DNA from: a virus
Taxonomy: Duplodnaviria > Heunggongvirae > Uroviricota > Caudoviricetes
Direction: 5' to 3' (one strand)
DNA: 5,281 nt
IMG/VR virus record: IMGVR_UViG_2663763286_000020
Span: 1 to 5,281 of that record
The notes beneath the pieces are model-generated. The model ran no database searches. It had not been told where the DNA came from and was given only the letters and a program-made list of their open reading frames with translations. Shown here one piece after another: positions 1-5,029 of the stretch. A program made the position numbers and the translations under genes. Every line of letters starts with the position of its first letter. Within the stretch, counting starts at the first letter, position 1.

Positions 1-3
1 CTG

Positions 4-807
4 GTGGTTGTTCAGAATCAGTCTGATGAAATTCCCGTTCTGGAATGGCAGGGAGTGCGTGTAGTGACAACTAAGATCCTTGCTAAGGGGTATGGGACAG
101 ATGCGGATAACATCAAGAAGAACTTTTCCCGTAATGCTGAACGTTTTTGTGAAGGCAAGCATTTCTATAAAGTTATTGGAGATGATTTGAACAATTTGCG
201 GGTGACTTTAAGTAACTCACAAAATCCTATCTCTCCTAAAGCCCGCTCACTCATCCTCTGGACGGAACGCGGCGCAGCCCGCCACGCTAAAATGCTCGAA
301 ACCGATCAGGCATGGGCATTCTTTGAAAAACTGGAAGACAGCTACTTCCGGCAAAAAGAACAGCAACCGGTTGCAATCCCCCAGACGCTTCCAGAAGCTC
401 TGCGCCTGGCTGCCGAACTGGCTGAACAAAAGCAGCTTCTGGAACAGAAAGCCCACCAGCTAAATCAGCAGCTGGTGGCCGCCGCTCCTAAAGTCGATTT
501 TGCCGACCGGGTATCAGTAGCTAAAGGGATCCTGATTGGGAATTTTGCAAAGGTTGTTGGACTTAAGCAAAACGCGCTGTTTGTCTGGTTACGGGAGAAC
601 GGCATCCTGATAGCGTCCGGTGGACGTAAAAATGTGCCGTTCCAGCAGTACATCAACGCGGGGTATTTCACGGTGAAAGAAGTGGTGCTGGATGATGAAG
701 ATGGCTACCAGATACGGTTGACGCCTCAATTAACGGGTAAAGGCCAGCAGTGGTTGACGCGTAAACTGCTCGATGCTGGCTTGTTAAAACCGGTGGCGGC
801 TGAATAA
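4..807 (+). CDS. Antirepressor-family protein, left paralog: N-terminal ORF6N/KilA-N-like module plus C-terminal KilAC-like antirepressor domain. The frame is open from base 1, so the start may be GTG at 4 or lie upstream of the window.
   Basis: 267-codon ORF ending TAA 805-807. N-terminal motifs (LAKGYGTD..NIKKNFSRNAERFCEGKHFYKV..LWTERGAARHAKML..AWAFFEKLEDSYF) and C-terminal motifs (LPEALRLAAE..KGILIGNFAKVVGL..GILIASGGRKNVPFQQYINAGYFTVKEV) fit that architecture by recall, not by a database hit. Bases 1-3 are CTG where the right-hand paralog has ATG. Confidence 0.8.
   Translation: MVVQNQSDEIPVLEWQGVRVVTTKILAKGYGTDADNIKKNFSRNAERFCEGKHFYKVIGDDLNNLRVTLSNSQNPISPKARSLILWTERGAARHAKMLETDQAWAFFEKLEDSYFRQKEQQPVAIPQTLPEALRLAAELAEQKQLLEQKAHQLNQQLVAAAPKVDFADRVSVAKGILIGNFAKVVGLKQNALFVWLRENGILIASGGRKNVPFQQYINAGYFTVKEVVLDDEDGYQIRLTPQLTGKGQQWLTRKLLDAGLLKPVAAE
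256..807. repeat. Left arm of a long inverted repeat (3' about 550 bp of the antirepressor-like gene); partner is about 4478-5029.
   Basis: Spot comparison of segments 241-540 with the reverse complement of 4741-5050 shows 0-4 substitutions per 60 nt (about 95-97% identity), mostly synonymous. Boundaries are approximate; no full alignment was computed. Confidence 0.8.
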
Positions 808-814
808 TGGAAGA

Positions 815-836
815 ATGCCCGGTTGATGCCGGGCAT
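815..836. terminator. Candidate bidirectional intrinsic terminator between the convergent antirepressor-like gene and c1.
   Basis: Perfect hairpin ATGCCCGG-ttgatg-CCGGGCAT (8-bp GC-rich stem, 6-nt loop), 8 nt after the TAA of the plus ORF and 3 nt before the c1 stop. It is followed by AATTTATT on the plus strand; the U-tract is only moderate in both directions. Confidence 0.5.
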
Positions 837-839
837 AAT

Positions 840-1691
840 TTATTGCGCGCTTTCGGGGTTGTCGTTTACTGGCTGCCCCTTCTTGGTTTTACGGCTGCGC
901 GTAACTGATGCGGCTGATTTGACCTTTTTCTCTTCGCGAGTGATGGCAATTTGTTTTTTTACATTTTCAATATCTGCCAGGCGATATATTTTTGCCTGCG
1001 GCCAGCGGTCGCAGATGATCGGTTCTATAGAGTCATAAAGGCTAAATTTTGCTTTCTCGAATTCACCGTTGATGATGATTCCATCACGGAGAGTTTCATC
1101 GCAGATAAACACACCACACAGCGGCACATGGTAACTAACTGATTTACCATCATTGTAGTTAGGGCTACTAGAAATGTAATGGACGCGCAGCATTGTTTCG
1201 CTAAAGCCGTGTACGCGCATACGGAATTTTTCATCCTCCGGGTACTGCTTCATTAGCTCTTTTGTTGCTTCCAGGTTCTCTATGTATTTCGCACTGTGCT
1301 CATTGATCCCCGCGCTTTTTTGGATGCGAATGTCCTTATCAATCAGATGAATAATGCGGCCAGCGGTCATGTTGACGCTGTTCACAGCTTCTGTCTGATA
1401 AGTTGTAACCTTACGCACACCGCGAAGGGTGTTAGGCACTGGATATAAAATAGTCTTTGGGATATTGAGGTCTGGGTACTGTTCCAGTTCCCGCGCCATT
1501 AAAGTCCATTTATCAATTTCAGCCTGAATGCTGTCAGTTTCTTTGAACGGTAGAACGACAACCGGGCGTACAGGACGACCGTCGCTGGCTGTATCAACGT
1601 GTTGGGCGCGTGCAACAGCTTTTTTTAGAAAGAGATCCCTGAAGCTGACGAACTCCTGGTACAGTTGTTCGCCGTAGACATAATTTATCAT
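840..1691 (-). CDS. c1: C1 immunity repressor of phage P1 type.
   Basis: 283-aa product MINYVYGEQLYQEFVSFRDLFLKK... matches recalled P1 C1 in length and sequence. ATG at 1689-1691 (complement) is preceded by a strong SD GGAGGAGG with 4-nt spacing; stop TAA at 840-842 (complement). Confidence 0.95.
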   Translation of the reverse strand: MINYVYGEQLYQEFVSFRDLFLKKAVARAQHVDTASDGRPVRPVVVLPFKETDSIQAEIDKWTLMARELEQYPDLNIPKTILYPVPNTLRGVRKVTTYQTEAVNSVNMTAGRIIHLIDKDIRIQKSAGINEHSAKYIENLEATKELMKQYPEDEKFRMRVHGFSETMLRVHYISSSPNYNDGKSVSYHVPLCGVFICDETLRDGIIINGEFEKAKFSLYDSIEPIICDRWPQAKIYRLADIENVKKQIAITREEKKVKSAASVTRSRKTKKGQPVNDNPESAQ

Positions 1692-1713
1692 TGATCCTCC
1701 TCCAGAATTGACA

Positions 1714-1756
1714 TGGCCAACAACTCACAGCGGATTACACTGGGAGTTGTTGGCCA
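1714..1756 (-). repeat. Perfect 13-bp inverted repeat with 17-nt spacer in the c1 leader, about 23 nt upstream of the c1 start.
   Basis: TGGCCAACAACTC (1714-1726) pairs with GAGTTGTTGGCCA (1744-1756). Not followed by a U-tract on either strand, so not a classic terminator. Function unknown. Confidence 0.6.
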
Positions 1757-1758
1757 CC

Positions 1759-1802
1759 ATTATAGAAGGATCCAACGAAAATAATAGATTTATTAGTGCA
1801 TT
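1759..1802 (-). promoter_or_regulatory. Candidate c1-proximal promoter with a C1 operator-like site at the -35 position.
   Basis: A perfect TATAAT on the minus strand (complement of 1759-1764). 22 bp upstream, at 1786-1802, the minus-strand sequence AATGCACTAATAAATCT matches 14/17 of the P1 C1 operator consensus ATTGCTCTAATAAATTT. The site overlaps the coi stop codon. Confidence 0.45.
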
Positions 1803-2011
1803 TATTGTGAGTCTGGCTGGTTAGTGGCCATGAGATATTCGATTGTGTCAGTGAGATCATCCAGGTCGTCTTGGGTGATGCGGTACTCCTGATTGGATAT
1901 CTTTGAGTAGTGTTCAGCAATGGCGCGGGCAGCGTCGGTTTCGGCGGGGTCTACAGATAAAGCGTTAGAGCAATGTCTAACGTCGTCGATGGTTGGTGGA
2001 ATGAAAGCCAT
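1802..2011 (-). CDS. coi: Coi-like C1 inactivator, a small acidic protein co-oriented with and upstream of c1.
   Basis: 69-aa ORF MAFIPPTIDDVRHCSNALSVDPAETDAARAIAEHYSK... in the position and of the size of P1 coi. ATG at 2009-2011 (complement). Assigned by synteny and size; the sequence was not verified against a database. Confidence 0.8.
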   Translation of the reverse strand: MAFIPPTIDDVRHCSNALSVDPAETDAARAIAEHYSKISNQEYRITQDDLDDLTDTIEYLMATNQPDSQ

Positions 2012-2245
2012 AATTATGCCTCACTGTATTGACAACACAGAGCCTGAAGCTCTGACCTACTGTTTCACCCATGATCCATGCTGGGGTAATCTAACAACAT
2101 TGCGCTGTGTGTAAGATGAGCAATGCATAGCTGTAATGCCGTTGTATAAGGTTTCCCTGTTTGCTCATTTCCTTCTGAGCCGCTCTACAACGCTGAAGAC
2201 ACATTAAATAGTGAATCCAAAGTCGTATTACGAAACGGCGGCAAA

Positions 2246-2272
2246 ACTATAATTTATTAGAGCAATTGTCAA
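2246..2272 (-). promoter_or_regulatory. Minus-strand promoter for the coi-c1 operon with an overlapping C1 operator (the P99a/Op99a-type arrangement of P1).
   Basis: On the minus strand, a -35 TTGACA (complement of 2267-2272) is followed directly by ATTGCTCTAATAAATTA (complement of 2250-2266), a 16/17 match to the C1 operator consensus. A -10-like TATAGT (complement of 2246-2251) follows with 15-nt spacing. Confidence 0.65.
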
Positions 2273-2332
2273 ACAACTATGAAAAACAATCCAGTTTTTG
2301 GCTGGTGGAGTGGGATTTTTCTCTCAAAATTT

Positions 2333-2349
2333 ATTGCTCTAATAATTCT
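2333..2349 (+). promoter_or_regulatory. C1 operator-like site in plus orientation, about 45 bp from loxP.
   Basis: ATTGCTCTAATAATTCT matches 15/17 of the consensus ATTGCTCTAATAAATTT, with the first 13 positions perfect. Confidence 0.6.
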
Positions 2350-2392
2350 TGATTTTTATGCGTAGCTGGACGTAAACTCCTCTTCAGACCTA

Positions 2393-2426
2393 ATAACTTC
2401 GTATAGCATACATTATACGAAGTTAT
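2393..2426. other. loxP: loxP site-specific recombination site (Cre target).
   Basis: ATAACTTCGTATA-GCATACAT-TATACGAAGTTAT: perfect 13-bp inverted repeats around the asymmetric 8-bp spacer. This is an exact match to wild-type loxP (spacer reads ATGTATGC on the other strand). Confidence 0.97.
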
Positions 2427-2498
2427 CTTAAGGGTTATTGAACATGATTAATTTACCTGTAAATCCATACAGTTCAATACCTTATCAGGTCAAATAGT

Positions 2499-2518
2499 GA
2501 TCACTTGATCATTTGATC
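2499..2518 (+). promoter_or_regulatory. Dam-methylation (GATC) cluster in the cre upstream promoter region.
   Basis: Three GATC sites at 2499-2502, 2507-2510 and 2515-2518 (8-bp spacing) inside palindromic TGATCA/TTGATCAA units, with TTGATC hexamers resembling a -35 element. P1 cre is known to have an upstream promoter whose -35 region carries Dam sites. Confidence 0.6.
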
Positions 2519-2523
2519 AAGGT

Positions 2524-2584
2524 TGCGCTACGTAAAATCTGCGAAATGTTGGCAGTGTTAGTGCTCCAGATTTCGCGTAGCGCA
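2524..2584. repeat. Long imperfect inverted repeat between the GATC cluster and the small ORF upstream of cre.
   Basis: TGCGCTACG (2524-2532) pairs with CGTAGCGCA (2576-2584), and AAATCTG (2535-2541) pairs with CAGATTT (2567-2573), with a 2-nt internal mismatch and a 25-nt loop. No U-tract follows. Confidence 0.5.
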
Positions 2585-2615
2585 CTTACCACCACCAATC
2601 AATCAGAGGTGAAAA

Positions 2616-2837
2616 ATGGGATATTCAGCTGCTAAAGTGTCCACTCATATTGAGCTTGAGAAAAACCGTGGTTACTGGCGGGCAAAAGGGTTTGATCGTG
2701 ATAGTTGTCAACTGTCATTATCGCGCGGTGAAGAGAAAATAGAACGCACGCGCGGTCGCTGGCGTTTCTATGACGAGAACCATAAACAGGTAAAGGCAGA
2801 GCCGATCCTGTACACTTTACTTAAAACCATTATCTGA
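2616..2837 (+). CDS. Small basic hypothetical protein (73 aa) immediately upstream of cre, probably co-transcribed with it.
   Basis: ATG at 2616 is preceded by a good SD AGAGGTGA. The product is R/K-rich (MGYSAAKVSTHIELEKNRGYWRAKGFDRD...). Stop TGA 2835-2837 lies 7 nt before the cre ATG. Function not recognised. Confidence 0.5.
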   Translation: MGYSAAKVSTHIELEKNRGYWRAKGFDRDSCQLSLSRGEEKIERTRGRWRFYDENHKQVKAEPILYTLLKTII

Positions 2838-2844
2838 GTGTTAA

Positions 2845-3876
2845 ATGTCCAATTTACTGACCGTACACCAAAATTTGCCTGCATTACCGGTCGATGCAAC
2901 GAGTGATGAGGTTCGCAAGAACCTGATGGACATGTTCAGGGATCGCCAGGCGTTTTCTGAGCATACCTGGAAAATGCTTCTGTCCGTTTGCCGGTCGTGG
3001 GCGGCATGGTGCAAGTTGAATAACCGGAAGTGGTTTCCCGCAGAACCTGAAGATGTTCGCGATTATCTTCTATATCTTCAGGCGCGCGGTCTGGCAGTGA
3101 AAACTATCCAGCAACATTTGGGCCAGCTAAATATGCTTCATCGTCGGTCCGGTCTGCCACGACCAAGTGACAGCAATGCTGTTTCACTGGTCATGCGACG
3201 GATCCGAAAAGAAAACGTTGATGCCGGTGAGCGTGCAAAACAGGCGCTGGCGTTCGAACGCACTGATTTCGACCAGGTTCGTTCACTCATGGAAAATAGC
3301 GATCGCTGCCAGGATATACGTAATCTGGCATTTCTGGGGATTGCTTATAACACCCTGTTACGTATAGCCGAAATTTCCAGGATCAGGGTTAAAGATATCT
3401 CACGTACTGACGGTGGGAGAATGTTAATCCATATTGGCAGAACGAAAACGCTGGTTAGCACCGCTGGTGTAGAGAAGGCACTTAGCCTGGGGGTAACTAA
3501 ACTGGTTGAGCGATGGATTTCTGTCTCTGGTGTAGCTGATGATCCGAATAACTACCTGTTTTGCCGCGTCAGAAAAAATGGTGTTGCCGCGCCATCATCC
3601 ACCAGCCAGCTATCAACTCGCGCCCTGGAAGGGATTTTTGAAGCAACTCACCGATTGATTTACGGGGCAAAAGATGACTCTGGTCAGCGATACCTGGCCT
3701 GGTCTGGACATAGTGCCCGTGTCGGTGCCGCGCGAGATATGGCCCGCGCCGGAGTTTCAATACCGGAGATCATGCAAGCTGGTGGCTGGACCAACGTAAA
3801 TATTGTCATGAACTACATTCGTAACCTGGATAGTGAAACAGGGGCAATGGTGCGCCTGCTGGAAGATGGCGATTAG
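2845..3876 (+). CDS. cre: Cre tyrosine site-specific recombinase (P1 type).
   Basis: 343-aa product MSNLLTVHQNLPALPVDATSDEVRKNLMDMFRDRQAFSEHTWKMLL...GWTNVNIVMNYIRNLDSETGAMVRLLEDGD recognised as P1 Cre. Its cognate loxP lies 418 bp upstream. Confidence 0.98.
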   Translation: MSNLLTVHQNLPALPVDATSDEVRKNLMDMFRDRQAFSEHTWKMLLSVCRSWAAWCKLNNRKWFPAEPEDVRDYLLYLQARGLAVKTIQQHLGQLNMLHRRSGLPRPSDSNAVSLVMRRIRKENVDAGERAKQALAFERTDFDQVRSLMENSDRCQDIRNLAFLGIAYNTLLRIAEISRIRVKDISRTDGGRMLIHIGRTKTLVSTAGVEKALSLGVTKLVERWISVSGVADDPNNYLFCRVRKNGVAAPSSTSQLSTRALEGIFEATHRLIYGAKDDSGQRYLAWSGHSARVGAARDMARAGVSIPEIMQAGGWTNVNIVMNYIRNLDSETGAMVRLLEDGD

Positions 3877-3893
3877 CCATTAACGCGTAAATT

Positions 3894-3910
3894 ATTGCTC
3901 TAATTCATTG
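3894..3910 (+). promoter_or_regulatory. C1 operator-like site between cre and the downstream small ORF (position of P1 Op2-type operators).
   Basis: ATTGCTCTAATTCATTG matches 14/17 of the consensus, with the first 11 positions perfect. Confidence 0.45.
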
Positions 3911-3926
3911 ATATTTATGGTGACAT

Positions 3927-4238
3927 ATGAGAAAGGATTTCAACATCGACGGAAAATATGTAGTGCTGTCTGTAAGCACTAATATTCAGTCGCCAGCCGT
4001 CATTGTCACTGTAAAGCTGAGCGATAGAATGCCTGATATTGACTCAATATCCGTTGCGTTCCCTGTCAAAAGTATGCGTGGTGCTGAACATTTCGTGATT
4101 AACGCCTCCGAGGAAGAAGCACGGCGCGGTTTTGCTAAAGTGATGTCTGAGTTTGGCGAATTTTTGTGGCACGTTGACAAAGCCCTCTCAATCAGTTCAG
4201 CAAGGTCCAAAGCGTTAACAGCTTCCATGATGAAATAA
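3927..4238 (+). CDS. Hypothetical 103-aa protein downstream of cre, in the position occupied by cra in P1. The sequence itself is not recognised.
   Basis: ATG 3927 with a weak SD (GGTGA, short spacing). Residue composition looks protein-like (..SEEEARRGFAKVMSEFGEFLWHVDKALS..). An operator-like site lies 17 bp upstream. Preferred over the overlapping minus-strand ORF 3986-4318, which contains a terminator hairpin. Confidence 0.5.
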   Translation: MRKDFNIDGKYVVLSVSTNIQSPAVIVTVKLSDRMPDIDSISVAFPVKSMRGAEHFVINASEEEARRGFAKVMSEFGEFLWHVDKALSISSARSKALTASMMK

Positions 4239-4262
4239 AAAAGCCTGGCAAGGAGCCAGGCT
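4233..4262 (-). terminator. Intrinsic terminator oriented for minus-strand transcripts.
   Basis: Hairpin AGCCTGG-caaggag-CCAGGCT (4242-4262). On the minus strand it is followed by TTTTTATTT (plus-strand A-tract 4233-4241). On the plus strand it sits 3 nt after the 4236-4238 stop codon but has no downstream T-tract. Confidence 0.6.
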
Positions 4263-4368
4263 GCACAAAAGAGCGGGTTTGTATTCCGCATACAATCAAT
4301 CAAGAAGGAGTATAGCACACAGGTACTGAAGAGAAAAAATGTGATTCGCGATAAATAAAATAGCCACT

Positions 4369-4412
4369 ATTGCTATAATTAATTGTTATAATTGAGTTGT
4401 GGCTTTAGTCAA
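4369..4412 (-). promoter_or_regulatory. Promoter island with a C1 operator-like site: minus-strand promoter TTGACT-16-TATAAC, plus two plus-strand TATAAT boxes.
   Basis: Minus strand: -35 TTGACT (complement of 4407-4412), 16-nt spacer, -10 TATAAC (complement of 4385-4390). ATTGCTATAATTAATTG (4369-4385) matches 14/17 of the operator consensus and overlaps the -10 and predicted start. Plus-strand TATAAT at 4374-4379 and 4387-4392. Confidence 0.45.
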
Positions 4413-4451
4413 CTACGAAGACATTGCCATTATAGACTCCGTGACATCATT

Positions 4452-4475
4452 GGCGGCCGAAAGGCCGCCTTTTTT
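4452..4475 (+). terminator. Rho-independent terminator for plus-strand transcripts, at the inner edge of the right inverted-repeat arm.
   Basis: GGCGGCC-gaaa-GGCCGCC, a perfect 7-bp GC stem with a GNRA-type tetraloop, followed by six T (4470-4475). It lies 2 nt from the stop codon of the convergent minus-strand gene. Confidence 0.8.
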
Positions 4476-4477
4476 AA

Positions 4478-5029
4478 TCATTCAGCCGCCACCGGTTTTA
4501 ACAAGCCAGCATCGAGCAGTTTACGCGTCAACCACTGTTGGCCTTTCCCCGTTAATTGAGGCGTCAGCCGTATCTGATAGCCATCTTCATCATCCAGCAC
4601 CACTTCTTTCACTGTGAAATATCCGGCGTTTATGTACTGCTGAAACGGTACATTTTTACGTCCGCCGGACGCAATCAGGATGCCGTTCTCCCGTAACCAG
4701 GCAAACAGCGCATTTTGCTTAAGTCCAACAACCTTTGCAAAATTCCCAATCAGGATCCCCTTAGCCACTGATACCCGGTCGGCAAAATCGACCTTAGGGG
4801 CGGCGGCCACCAGCTGCTGATTTAGCTGGTGGGCTTTCTGTTCCAGAAGTTGCTTTTGTTCAGCCAGCTCGGCAGCCAGGCGCAGAGCTTCGGGAAGCGT
4901 CTGAGGGATTGCGACCGGTTGCTGTTCTTTTTGCCGGAAGTAGCTGTCTTCCAGTTTTTCAAAGAATGCCCATGCCTGATCGGTTTCGATCATTTTAGCG
5001 TGGCGGGCTGCGCCGCGTTCCGTCCAGAG
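4478..5029. repeat. Right arm of the long inverted repeat (partner of about 256-807).
   Basis: Reverse complement of 4741-5050 aligns colinearly with 241-540 at high identity (see left arm). Boundary is approximate. Confidence 0.8.

Noticed and set aside
247-671. Antisense ORFs inside the left paralog (247-456 and 465-671, minus) and the mirror-image ORF 4829-5095 (plus) in the right paralog.
   Set aside because: They overlap well-supported coding sequence on the opposite strand and appear in both copies only because of the inverted repeat. No RBS evidence.
823-1234. ORFs 823-1038 (+), 951-1142 (+) and 1025-1234 (-) within the c1 locus.
   Set aside because: All lie inside the confidently identified c1 gene, on the opposite strand or in an alternative frame; Cys- and Phe-rich composition typical of spurious frames.
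1735-2114. ORFs 1735-1920 (-) and 1920-2114 (+) around coi.
   Set aside because: They overlap coi in an alternative frame or antisense and cover the regulatory intergenic region; no RBS.
3167-3760. ORFs 3167-3367 (+) and 3569-3760 (-) inside cre.
   Set aside because: Alternative-frame and antisense ORFs within the well-established cre coding sequence.
3986-4318. 110-aa minus-strand ORF overlapping the post-cre ORF as an alternative gene call.
   Set aside because: It starts at GTG with no SD, and its 5' part is translated across the 4242-4262 hairpin and U-tract, which should terminate minus-strand transcripts before the ORF is completed. The plus-strand ORF with an operator upstream is the better call, though neither was verified.
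4399-4617. 72-aa plus-strand ORF starting at GTG 4399.
   Set aside because: It runs straight through the strong 4452-4475 terminator and then antisense into the right-hand paralog; it is low-complexity (PPFLIIQPPP). Most likely spurious, or at best a few codons of a truncated ancestral gene.
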